A DNA stretch of 64,000 nt from Mobula hypostoma (taxonomy: Eukaryota), in NCBI RefSeq assembly GCF_963921235.1, contig NC_086097.1:185506001-185570000 (forward strand), in the 5' to 3' direction. Within the stretch, counting starts at the first letter, position 1. Every line of letters starts with the position of its first letter. Of this stretch, positions 38,595 through 50,517 are shown piece by piece. Under the pieces are notes generated by a model. The model saw nothing but the letters and a program-made list of their open reading frames with translations, made no database searches and was not told the DNA's origin. Made by a program: the position numbers and the translations under genes.

Positions 38595-41160
38595 CTGAGG
38601 TCAAAAATAAGAAGATCATACAGTTTAAAATGGGGCTAAGAGGATGGTGCAGGAGGGAGGGCTTCAGCTTTTTGGATCATTGCGTTTTTTACCAGGGAAG
38701 ATGGGACCTGTACAGAAGGGATGGTTTATATTGGAAATGAAGGGGCTAACATCCTTGCAGGAAGGTTAGCTAGTACAGCACGGGAGGGTTAAACTAGAGT
38801 TACAGGCAGATGGGAACCAGAGCGCCAGAGCAGATAGTGGAGTGGTTGTGGGGAAAGATGTTGATAAGCCTACATACAAAGTTGGCAATTGAAAGGTTGA
38901 GCATGGGTGGAACAATATTCTGAGTTGTGTATATTTCAATGCAAGGGGTATTATAGGCGTAACACCCTAGGAAAGGTTTCACTGCTAATGTAATGGTCTT
39001 TCTGTAGAAGTAGTGTTTGGGTTATGGTTAGAGATAACAGGTGCGTTAGAATGTGAGCCGTCCAATGACGGGAGTGTGTTTTGTGCTGTGTGCCTGATAC
39101 CGGTGTGATTTGGGTCTTTTGTTCAGCAGGAGATGAAGAGAGAAGTTGCTGGACAGAAGAGGTCATAGGACTCAACCTGGAACAGAGCCATGATCCGACG
39201 AGGGCCAGGGAGATCGAAAGAGGATCGGAAAAGGGGAAACCATGACCTCCAACTTGTTCACAATAGACTGTTTCATTAAATTGGGCCCTTTTCTTTTTTT
39301 GCTTTTTCTTCACTAACCTTGCAGTCAAACTAAGAATTATAAAACTAAATAATTTAGTTGTATGCAGTGTACTGTCCGTTATTTAATGGTACTGAATTGC
39401 AACAGGATAACGAATCACGCAGCATCCACACAAACGGGGGTTCCGGGGTGGGCTCACACCTCAATCTCACCCATTTGGTGGGGCCAGAGATTGCCTTCCC
39501 TAGACTTACACAGCCCACAGAACCAGAGTGTTTCAAAGGAAGGCAGGTGAGCTTAGGGCATGGATCAGCACATAAAAATTATGACACTGTAGCCATTAGT
39601 GAGACTTGGTTACAGCAGTAGCACGACTGGCAGCTCAGTGTTGCAGGGTTCTATTGTTTTAAATGTGATAGAGCAGAAGGGATTAAAGGAGAAGGGGTGG
39701 CATTACTAATCAGGGAAAATATCACAGAAGTGCTTAGACAGGACAGAATGGAGGGCTCATATACCAAGGCTATATGGGTGAAACTGAGGAATAAGAAAGG
39801 GATGACCATGTTAATTGGATTATATTATAGATCTCCCAAATGTCAGTGGGATTTAGAGGAACAAGCTTGCAGGGAGAGTGCAGACTGTTACAGGGTTAAC
39901 AGTAGATTTTAGCTTTCTACATATTGACTGTGACTTTCATACTGTTAAGGGGCTGGATGGAATAGAGTTTGTCAAATGTGTTCAAGAAAGTTTCCTTAGT
40001 CAGTACATAGAGTCCCAAGTAGAGAGAGTGCGATACTAGATCTCTTGTTAGGGAATAAGACAGGAAGGTGACGTAAGTTCAGGAACACTGCATCTAGTCA
40101 TCATAATGCCATTCCTTTCAAGACTATTATGGAGAAGGATAGGTTAGCTCCTCGGGTTGAGATTCTAAATTGGAGATAAGCCAATTTTGAATGTATCAGA
40201 AAGGATCTGGCAAGTGTGGATTGGGACAGGTTGTTTTCTTGCAAAGGTGCAATTGATAAGGCAGAGGCCTTCAAAAGAGAAATTTTGAGAGTAGAGTTTG
40301 TATATTCCTGTCAGAATAAACAAGTTTCGAAAACCTTGGTTTTCAGGAGATAGAGGCCCTGGTTAAGAAAAAGGAGGTGCACAGCAGGTATAGGCAGGAA
40401 GAAGCAAATGAGGTAGTTGGGGAGTATAATAATGCAAGAGAACACTTAACCAAGAAATCTGCAGGGCTAAAAGAAGGCATGAGGTTGTTCTGGCAAAGTG
40501 AAGAAAAATCCTAAGGGTTTCTACAGATATAATAAGAGCAAAGGGATAGTAAAGAGCAAAATAGGGTTTCTGGAAGATCAGAGTGGTCATCTATGCATAT
40601 AGACGAACGAGGTAGAGAAGATCTTAAATGGAATTTTTGTATCTGTATTTACTCAGATGTTCACAGAATCAAGTGAGGCAAAGTAGCAGTAAGCATGGAC
40701 CAATACAGATTACAGAGGAGGAAGTGTTCGCTGTCATGAAGCAAAGACTGGAAAAATCCCACGGGCCAGCCAAGGTGTTCCCTCGGACCTTGTGGGAGGC
40801 GAATGCAGAAATTGCAGGGGCCGTAGCAGAGATATTTAAAACGTCCTTAGCCACAGGCGAGATGCCAGAGGATCGTTGGATGGCTAATATTGTTGTTCAA
40901 GAAAGGTTCTAGGAATAAGCCAGGAAATGATAGGTTGTTGAGCCTGATATCAGTAGTGGGTGAGTTATTGGAAGGTGTTCTAAGGGACCAGGTAGATAAG
41001 TATTTGAATAGACAGCTACTGATGAGAGATAGTCAACATGGCTTTGTGCACGGTAGGCCATGTCTAACCAATCTTACAGTTTGTTTTTGAGGAGGTTACC
41101 AGGAAAGCTGAAGGCAAGGCCTTTGATGAGGTTCTGCATGGAGGTTTTGTCAAGAAGGTT
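38595..41160 (+). mobile_element. Degenerate CR1 LINE (ORF1 end, endonuclease, RT start) interrupted by a solo LTR
   Basis: GWCRREGFSFLDH...WDLYRRDGL (ORF1); YFNARG...YDTVAISETWL; SQHGFVHGRPCLTNL. Many stops. Confidence 0.85.
38958..39535. mobile_element. Probable solo LTR (578 bp) inserted in CR1
   Basis: Interrupts the CR1 frame between ...NARGIIG and KAGELRAWIS. Ends cgtaacac...gtgtttca (imperfect terminal inverted repeat, CA end). Flanks tagg / aagg form an imperfect 4-bp TSD. Confidence 0.7.
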
Positions 41161-41344
41161 CAATACAGGTCCTTCAGCCTACGATTTTGTCCCAATCTGT
41201 TAACCTACATGAAGATCAACTTAACTCTTCCTTCTCACATAGTTGTCCATTTTCATACATCTAAATGCCTATTGAAAAGTCTCTTACATGTCCATAACGT
41301 ATCTGTCCCTACCATCACCACAGGCAGCGCATCTATCTATCATT

Positions 41345-42195
41345 TCTCAGCCCAGCACCTCATCCTATCAATGTCCTATGAATACCTTCTCCACTATCCA
41401 TACCACCACCAACCTTCATGTCATCTGCATTCATACTAACCCACACTTCCACTTCCTTATCCAAGTGATTTACAAAGATCAGAAAGAGCAGATTCCTGCA
41501 GAACACCGCTGATCACCGCACTCCAGGCAGAATACATCTCATCTACTACTACCCTCTGCCTTCTGTGGACAAACCAATCTAATACCAACAGCCAAGTTTC
41601 CCTGGATCCAATGGCTTCCTGAGTTAGCCAATGATGGGAAACCTTGCTGAAAGCCTTACTAAAATCAATATACCTCACATCCACTGCTCTACCTTCAACA
41701 ATTTATTTTGTCACTTCCACAAAGAATTTGATTAGGCTCGTGAGGCACGACCTGCTCCTCACAATGTCATGCTGGCAAACTCTATCAGACTATGCTCCAA
41801 ATGTTCATAAACCCTGACTCTAAGAATCCTCTCCAATAGTTTGCCCAGCATTGTCATAAGAATCAATGGTCTTTATTTTACATGATTATCCTTATTATCT
41901 TTCTTGAACAAAGCAATAACGTTTGCCACTCTCCAATCTTTTCCTATTACTCTTTTGGACAGTGAGAATCCACCCTACCCCTTTTAAATACTTTTTGATA
42001 CTGTTTGCTCCTATCCCTGTCCAAGACTATAATAAAAGTGAGGGAGCTGTAGTGACTGTCTACAAAATGCTTACCCACTGTGAGATCTATCACCTGACCA
42101 GGTTCATTGCCCAGTACTAGATCCAGTCTGGCCTTTCCTCCATTCGGCTCACCTACATACAATATTGTTTCAGAAATCCTTCCTGGCCATCCCCC
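41345..42195 (-). mobile_element. CR1 fragments (RT and endonuclease pieces)
   Basis: ORF 41457..41684 (YIDFSKAFSKVSH...RRQRVVVD) and ORF 41947..42204 (LDLVLGNEPGQV). Confidence 0.75.
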
Positions 42196-42745
42196 AAGGC
42201 ACAAACAATAAGGTGCAAGGACATAACAAAGTAGATTATGAGGTCAAGAGTCCATCTTATCATAGTAGTTTTGAGCCAGCTGTGTCAAAACTGTTATGTA
42301 ATTAGAATTAATTCAACAAAAAAAGAAAAAATGTTTAAAGTAAATTGGGGATAATAGCTATTTATGATTGACAGAATCACACAGTGCTGGCCCTTCAATT
42401 CACCGAGTCTGCAGAATCATCGAGCACCCTTTTAAAGTAACCCTACACTAATCACTTTTTAAAATTCTTCCCACATTGCCATCAACTTCCCTCAATTCTA
42501 AAGGGACAATTTAAAGCGATCAATTAACCAATCAACTGACTTGTTTTTGAGATGTGAAAATAAACTAGAGTAGCCAAAGGAAAACCTTCAAAAGATTGTG
42601 CCATCTCTACAACCAACTCAAGTCACTGGAGCTGTGAGGCATCAACACTACCTGCTGTGATTGTTTCAGGTGATACTATAAGGAAAAATGAAAATATGGA
42701 AAACAAAGTATCTTAATGAATTATAACTTTGAGAATGGAGCTTAC

Positions 42746-42817
42746 CCCTGCTGGAAAAATATTTAACCAATTTCCAGCCACATCTAGAACTTTTAGCTTC
42801 CTTAGAATACATAATTC
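42746..42817 (-). CDS. LRRC69: LRRC69-like coding exon (72 bp)
   Basis: ttaattctccag|GAA...GCA GGG|gtaagc. Translates ELCILRKLKVLDVAGNWLNIFPAG, phase 0/0. Confidence 0.92.
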
Positions 42818-43431
42818 CTGGAGAATTAACACAAAACAAAAATATTCATATGTTAGTCTCTCCTTCTCCCTTTATAAGCAACAGTACTTTCTCAGTGCAA
42901 TTACAGTAAATAATTTAATAGTTTAGAGATTCAATTTTAGTTAAAACTCTAGTTTCATAGTTAAAATATTTTAGTGTAAAAAAATTCTCCATGTGATTTA
43001 ACTATTTTATTGAGCTGCGATGATTTGTCTTTTTTAATATAAATAAAAGAGGTGGCTAAAGATATATAGATAAATTGGTTGTTACCTTGCAAAATTTGAT
43101 AGAAGGAAAAGTTTCTAGCAGAGTAGAAACTAAAAGTAACACTGCATTTCAAGAAAGGAGGGGGAAGATAACAGGAACGAGGCAGTTAGCTCAGTTTTAA
43201 AAATTGATAACAAAGCACTTATGATTAGCACAATTTTATGAGAGACAGTTCCTTACAATAACTTGTTTAGATTTTCTCAAAATTATAAATAGCAGGATAA
43301 AGTTGAGCCAGGAGGTGGATTTGGATTTACAAGAGGCATCCAGTAAAGTGTCACATAAAATGGTTCATTTGATCGAATAATGATATGATGAAGATGTGTT
43401 ACAAAATGAAAACAATGAAAGGGATAAACTC

Positions 43432-44068
43432 AGACACAAAGAAATCTGCAGATGCTGGAAATTCAAGGAACACACACAAAAAATTCTGGTGAACGCAGCA
43501 GGCCAAGCAGCACCTATAGGAAGAGGTACAGCCGACGTTTCGGGTCGGGACCCTTCGTCAGGACGAACTGAAAGAAGAGATAGTAAGAGATTTGAAAGTG
43601 GGAGGGGGAGGGGGAGATCCAAAATGATAGAAGACAGGAGGGGAAGGGTGTATCTAAGAGCTGGAGAAGGGAGAGGATCATGGGATGGGAAGCCTGGGGA
43701 GAAAGAGAAGGGGGGAGGGGAGCCTGGCGAGTGGAGAGCAGGCAAGGAGTTATAATGAGAGGGACAGAGGGAGAAAAAGAGAGAAAGGAAAAAAAAGGGG
43801 GGAAATTAAAAAATATATTTATTAAATAAATAAATAAATAACTAAGGGATGGGGTGTGAAGGGGAGGAGGGGCATTAACGGAAGTTAGAGAAGTCAATGT
43901 TCATGCCATCAGGTTGGAGGCTACCCAGACGGAATATAAGGTGTTGTTCCTCCAGCCTGAGTGTGGCTTCATCTTGACAGTAGAGGAGGCCGTGGATAGA
44001 CATATCAGAATGGGAATGGGACGTGGAATTAAAATGTGTGGCCACTGGGAGATCTTGCTTTCTCTGGT
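43432..44068 (-). mobile_element. Penelope-like element 3' fragment
   Basis: Reverse complement of the GIY-YIG C-terminus and pseudo-LTR seen at 32770-33400. Confidence 0.9.
43530..43564 (-). ncRNA. Minimal type I hammerhead ribozyme motif in PLE pseudo-LTR
   Basis: Minus strand reads gtc-CTGACGA-agggtcccgaccc-GAAA-cGTC-ggc. Intact core, GUC triplet and ACGT palindrome. Confidence 0.7.
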
Positions 44069-46729
44069 CATTTCCAACTTAGAAATTTATTAACAGTCTT
44101 CATGAAAAGGTTTAATGAAGGGACCCAGTGAAATACATGGAGATTTGACAAAAATACAAAGAAAGTTGAGAGAGTAATCTGTGAGGAGGACACCAAGAAT
44201 CTGCTGATAGGCATAGACAAGTTACACAATAGGGGAAAAAAGTAAATAATAATGAGAAAATATGAAAATACATACTGTACTTTTGCTAAGAAGAATGGAA
44301 TTGCAGAGTATTATTTGAATTATGCGAAGCTATTAACGTTCACAAGAATCTGGGTGTCTGTGTTTTATCAAGAGAAAATACTGGAGTTAGTCAGAAGGTG
44401 AGGAAGTATCTGCGGAAAGAAAAACAGATCATTTTCAGATTATAACATCATCGTGCTGCTGACCTCCAGCATTTTCTGTTTTTGTTTCAAATCTGCATTT
44501 TTAAAAAACTTTTTGTTAAAAAGCTATCATTCAAGTAGTGGAAGTAAAGAGGGGCATAAGATTAAAAAAAGGTTCCCAGGTATAAGACACAAATTGACTA
44601 TGATAGATTGTGAAATTTTATTAAATGAGTTGATGATAAAATAAATTAGGAAAGAGGGCTCAACTGTAGATTACAAGTAAAATGAGAAACAGTATTAGAT
44701 TCAAAGAGAAGGGATAGGACGGATAGGAACTCGACTGTTAGCATGACAAGGTGGGCTGTTGGACCTGCTTCTGTTCTATGTGACTCCATAACACTGCAGA
44801 ATGAGGAATTAATAATGGGAAATGAGAAAATGAGGGACAAGTTAAACCAATACTTGCATTAGTTTTCATGGTCAAGAACACCACAAATATCACAAAGATA
44901 ATAGGTGAAACTGTGTTAAATAACCTGAAAATAAATAACTCCCTATCACAAGAGATTAGGTACTAGAAGATCTAATGGAAATAAAGATGGTTAAGTCAGC
45001 TGGACTTGATGGCATGCACCCACAAGTTTTAATGGCAGTGGCTGCAGAAGTACTACAGTCATTGATTGAAGTCTTTCGAAACCCACTGAGTTCTGAGCTG
45101 ATACCAGCAGATTAGAAAACAAGAAGGAAGGGAGACAAAAAAAACAGAAAACAATAGACCAGTTTGGTTTATGTTTGTTTATGACTAGAATATATAATTA
45201 AGGATAAATAGCTAGTTATTTTAAGAAGAAGCCAAATGAGTACACCAAGAGCTCACAGTGCTGGGGAAGCGTATTAGCATACATTAAATATTGGTTATCA
45301 TATAGAAGAGTCAGAATAAATTAATCTTACAGGCATATCATTGAAGTATATTGGACACTCTCAATTCCAGTAATATAAGAATATCTGAATTTTCAAATTC
45401 AATTATCATTCAACCATACATGAATACAACCGAACAAAGCGTTCTCCGGTGCAAAACGTACACAACATAAAGCACATACACCACATATAGGATATCAGTA
45501 AACGAACAGTCATGCAAAAAATATACACAGTATATAGCCCAGGTCCCTCAGTGGCACATCCTGTAAATTGATGGTGCATGGGGGCCATTAGCAAGAAAAA
45601 GCAGTTCTCGGCAGTCCGCAAACGAATGTACACACATGTGCAATACAGCTTGTGATTCCACTGATCAAACACTGGAGGGCAGCACTGGTGGGAGGGGCCA
45701 GTCACAACCAAGCATAGACACCATGCTATGCTACCATGGAGCTCATGGCACGTAGGTTATTTGCTCTTGCAAACAATTAAGCTAAAACACCAGGGTCGAC
45801 CAAAAATGTCATCTTATACCTCTAAATGAGACGATAGCAAATTCCAGATATATTTGGATTAGCTCCAATCAAAGCCAAAAAGCCTAACTGGGACTTAACG
45901 AGTGAGCCAAATATTTTGTTACTATCAGAATCAGGTTCAAAATATTAGGTATTTTTACAATGATTTCAACTGAGTATGGTTATATTTAATTGCTATTTTA
46001 TTTTGAATCTGACAAAAATGTCAAGTTATACATATTATTTAACTCAGTTGAATGAATTCTTACTTGAAGGTTCAAGCTTCAGCTCAGGACAGGAGTACAT
46101 ATTCTATACTGACATTATTACAGGAGTGCTGTTCTGCCAGGGCTTGCCAACTTTCAAATCAGACAACGATTCAAGATCCTGTCTGCCAACTCAGATGAGC
46201 GTAATGATATTCTATATCATTGTTTTCAGGTTCGCCCAAAGTCTCTGCTTCAAAAAGCCCAGTAAAATCAACTTCATTTATTTGTCTTTCGTAAGATTTT
46301 CTGCCAAAAAAATGATCAGAATATTTAATTATACATGCTAGGGCAAGTTTTCAATGGTCAAGTAACGTATCATCTACATATCTCTGAGATGATGGATGAA
46401 GCCACGTGGTTACAATGAGAACCTTCAAATACATATTGACAGCAGTGTAGGTTAGACTGAACCCAGGTCACTGGAGCTATGAAGCAGTAGATCTACTAGT
46501 TGCGCCCACTATGGTATAATGAAGTAAACTAATGGATGTAATGGTGTAAATTTCTACTAGAGCTACCAGAGTTGTTTGACAATTTCAGCAAGAGATACAC
46601 ACAAACCTAGGGAAACTAATACATAAACTTTTTCTGTTTATTCCACAAAGACAATTATGAAAATTCCTGTGGAAATTAATGTTAGATAGATGTATACATA
46701 TATTTTAAGGCTCTATCACATCAACTTAC

Positions 46730-46925
46730 TTCTGGAAGCTCCTGGATTTGGTTTCTTGGCACAGAAAGCTTCTTTAAATTAGTCAAATATCCAATGTCAT
46801 GTGGAAGTGATTTAAGTTTATTGTTTGCTAAATGCAGTTCACAAAGCTGCTGCAAGAGACAAAGTTTATGCGGAATGCTCTCCAGTTGATTAGTGTTCAC
46901 ATAAAGATATTGGAGTCCCATCAGC
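46730..46925 (-). CDS. LRRC69: LRRC69-like coding exon (196 bp)
   Basis: gttttgttattacag|G CTG...CCA GAA|gtaagt. Translates (R)LMGLQYLYVNTNQLESIPHKLCLLQQLCELHLANNKLKSLPHDIGYLTNLKKLSVPRNQIQELPE, three LRRs. This is the C-terminal part of track ORF 46721..47272. Confidence 0.93.
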
Positions 46926-46947
46926 CTGTAATAACAAAACAATGAAG

Positions 46948-47367
46948 AGAGAGAGTGTAGAGGGGGTTTACAAGGATGTTGCCTGGATAGGAGGGTGTAC
47001 CCTATGAGAATAAGTTGAGTGTACTTCACCTTTTCTCCTTTAAGCGATGGAGGATGAGAGGTGACCTGATAGAGGTGTATAAGATGATGAGGGGCATTGA
47101 TCCTGAGGATAGCCAGAGGCTTTTTCCCAGGGCTGAAATGGCTACCATGAGGGGGCATAGTTTTAAGGTGCTTGGAAATAGGTACTGAGGGGATGTCAGG
47201 GGTAACTTTTTCCACAGAGAGCGGTGGGTGCGTGGAATGCACTGCCAGCAGCGGTGGTGGAAGCAGATACAATAGGGTCTTTTAAGAGCCTCTTAGATAG
47301 ATACATGGAGCTTAGAAAAGTAGAGGGCTATACACAAGGGAAATTCTAGGCAGTATCTAGAGTAGGT
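46948..47367 (+). mobile_element. CR1 3' fragment abutting an LRRC69 splice acceptor
   Basis: Reads like the CR1 C-terminus (RGFTRMLPG...RMRGDLIEVYKMMRG...RGHSFKV...RAVGAWNALP). Confidence 0.8.
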
Positions 47368-48351
47368 TAACAACAGGAATTCTGCAGATGCTGGAAATTC
47401 AAGCAACACACATAGAAGTCGCTGGTGAACGCAGCAGGCCAGGCAGCATCTCTAGGAAGAGGTACAGTCGATGTTTCAGGCCGAGACCCTTCGTCAGGAC
47501 TAACTGAAGGAAGAGTGAGTAAGGGATTTGAAAGTTGGAGGGGGAGGGGGAGATCCAAAATGATAGGAGAAGACAGGAGGGGGAGGGATGGAGCCAATAG
47601 CTGGACAGGTGATAGGCAAAAGGGATACGAGAGGATCATGGGACAGGAGGTCTGCGAAGAAAGACAAGGGGGGGGAACCTAGAGGATGGGCGAGAGGTAT
47701 ATTCAGAGGGACAGAGGGAGAAAAAGGAGAGTGAGAGAAAGAATGTATGTATAAAAATAAGTAATAGATGGGGTACGAGGGGGAGGTGGGGCATTAGCGG
47801 AAGTTAGAGAAGTCAATGTTCATGCCATCAGGTTGGAGGCTACCCAGACGGAATATAAGGTGTTGTTCCTCCAACCTGAGTGTGGCTTCATCTTTACAGT
47901 AGAGGAGGCTGTGGATAGACATGTCAGAATGGGAATGGGATGTGGAATTAAAATGTGTGGCCACTGGGAGATCCTGCTTTCTCTGACGGACAGAGCGTAG
48001 GTGTTCAGCAAAGCGGTCTCCCAGTCTGTGTTGGGTCTCGCCAATATATAAAAGGCCACATCGGGAGCACCGGACGCAGTATATCACCCCAGCCGACTCA
48101 CAGGTGAAGTGTTGCCTCATCTGGAAGGACTGTTTGGGGCCCTGAATGGTGGTAAGGGAGGAAGTGTAAGGGCATGTGTAGCACTTGTTCCGCTTACACG
48201 GATAAGTACCAGGAGGGAGATCAGTGGGGAGGGATGGGGGGGGACAAATGCCAACTCCAACGGGATCCCACCACTAAGCACATCTTTCCCTCCCCCCCCC
48301 CTGCATTCCACAGGGATCGCTCCCTACGCAACTCCCTTGTCCATTCGTCCC
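47368..48351 (-). mobile_element. Young Penelope-like element with a 5' inversion
   Basis: ORF 47794..48120 is an intact GIY-YIG (GVIYC...YIGET...RFAEH...LEEQ...GMN). 48251-48351 is the next-upstream PLE segment in the opposite orientation. Hammerhead motif at ~47466-47501. Confidence 0.9.
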
Positions 48352-48426
48352 CTGTACTCACTGTCTCACTGTACTCACAAAATTCATGTAAGTAACAAGT
48401 GATATTCTGCAGTATTGGGATTTAAT

Positions 48427-48757
48427 AATAGGCATCCGTTAGACTCGTGAGACCATGGATTTGCGCCTTGCAAGGTTTCCAGGCGCAGGCCTGGGCAAGG
48501 TTGTCTGGAAGACCGGCAGTTGCCCATGCTGCAAGTCTCCCCTCTCCATGCTACCGATGTTGTCCAAGGGAAGGGCATTAGGCTGGCACCGGTGCCAATG
48601 CCAATACCCATACAGCTTGGCACCGGTGTCGTCGCAGAGCAGTGTGTGGTTAAGTGCCTTGCTCAAGGACACAACACACTGCCTCAACCAAGGCTCGAAC
48701 TAGCGACCTTCAGATCACTAGACGAGCGCCTTAACCGCTTGGCCACGCGCCAACACA
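48427..48757 (-). mobile_element. tRNA-derived SINE (same family as 9697-9990)
   Basis: A and B boxes on the minus strand. 13-bp TSD attgggatttaat at 48414-48426 and 48758-48770. Confidence 0.88.
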
Positions 48758-49341
48758 ATTGGGATTTAATTATGCCGAAATATATGACCTGTTTAGATCT
48801 AAAAGCTGAATTATTTTCTATCCTGAATATCCTATCAGCTGCTTGATGTTTCTTAACAGTAATACAAAAAAGTCAGACTTTCTGAAAATGAATTGTCACA
48901 GGCTCCTATTAATTAGATATTCATGAATTGGTTAAGCATACACTATTCAGATTCCCTACTATTTAACATATTGTAACTATTGATCTAGAAAGTCTATGTT
49001 TTTGTTATAGTAATTGTTGTGTTAGTTAAGCTACAGCTGTAAATTATATGATAAGGGTTAAGATTAGACTTGGGTCCCCAGGATAAAATTGTAGCGTTTT
49101 CAGGATGGACTATAGCTATATAAAAATGATAGATGAAGTCAGCAACATGTAATTACCAAAGCTTATCATCTGGGGTTATGTATGAAAGCTTTGAATAAGT
49201 CTAGACAATAGTCTGGCCAGTATTCACCTTCAGGATAAATGGGAGAGGCAGTTGTGAAAAAGGAGAACTTTTCATTATTGAGACAGCTTGTTTGCAGAGT
49301 GATACTACTATAGAAAGATAATAGAATGTCACTTCCAGTAC

Positions 49342-49414
49342 CTGTTTATTTCATCAGGCAAAGTTGTTAGCTTGTTGTCATTCAGGTTCAAGAAAACTAA
49401 TTTTTCTAAGCTCT
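49342..49414 (-). CDS. LRRC69: LRRC69-like coding exon (73 bp)
   Basis: ctttttgtcatttcag|AG AGC...AAC AG|gtactg. Translates (E)SLEKLVFLNLNDNKLTTLPDEIN(R), one LRR. Phases 1 and 2 match both neighbouring exons. Confidence 0.9.
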
Positions 49415-50315
49415 CTGAAATGACAAAAAGAAGCATGAATTTAAAAGAAAGTAAACAACAATTGTACAGAATAGCATTATTGAAATACACATGGGATCAA
49501 CTGGCTTTACTCTAGCAATTTTCTCCATTATCATTGTATGGAAAGTTTTAAGTAGAGATTTAAGAGAAAGTTGATGCTTTTTAGTACCTAGCTCAAAAAA
49601 CAAAGTTGGATTAAAAGTAACAATAGGGCATACATTTAAGGTGATTGGAGGGAAGTATAGGGAGATGTCAAAAGTAGTTTTTTCTTTGCAGTGTAAAATA
49701 AAGTGTATGGAATGCACAGCTGGGTGAAGTGATAGAGACGGAAACGTTAGGGACATGAAAGAGACTATGAGATAAGCACATCGATGAAAGAGCAAGGAAG
49801 GCCATGTGGGAAGGAAAGGTTAGATTGATCTTGGATTTGTTAAAAGGTCAGAATGATGTTGTGGGCCAAAGGGCCTGTATTGTGCTGTCATTTTCTATGT
49901 TCTATTATACTCTCTACGCTTAGTCCTGATCTCAGCCCAAAATGACAACAGTTCCTTCCTCCCGTAGATGCTGCTCACTGAGTTGTTCTAGCAGTTGGCT
50001 TTTTGCTCTAGATTGCATCATCTGCAGTCTCACCAATATGCATCAAAGGAATTTCCATTCCAGTCCTGATGAGGGCTCTCAGCACAAACTGTCCCTCCAT
50101 AGATAAGACCATAAGATATAGGAGCAGAATTAAGCCATTTGGCTCATCAAGTCTGCTCCACCATTTCATCATGGCTGATCCATTTTTCCTCTCAACCCCG
50201 ATCTCCTGCCTTCTCCCCGTATCCCTTTATGCCCTGACCAATCAAGAATCTATCAACCTCATGGCTGTCGTGATTGGACTGTCCTGTGCTGGTTTTGCAA
50301 AAAGCAAACATAACC

Positions 50316-50517
50316 TAGTCATAGTCATACTTCATTGATCCCGGGGGAAATTAATTTTCATTACAGTTGCACCATAAATAATAAATAGTAATAAAACCAT
50401 AAATAGTTAAATAGTAATATGTAAATGTAAATTATGCAAGGAAATAAGTCCAGGACCAGCCTATTGGCTCAGGGTGTCTGACCCTCCAAGGGAGGAGCTG
50501 TAAAGTTTGATGGCCAC
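50316..50517 (-). mobile_element. Rex1/Babar 3'-end fragment
   Basis: Near-identical to 7106-7300. Confidence 0.8.

Noticed and set aside
46721..47272. 183-aa minus-strand ORF as a single-exon LRR gene
   Set aside because: Only 46730-46925 is LRR-coding and it is bounded by splice sites. The upstream part is the antisense of a CR1 fragment.
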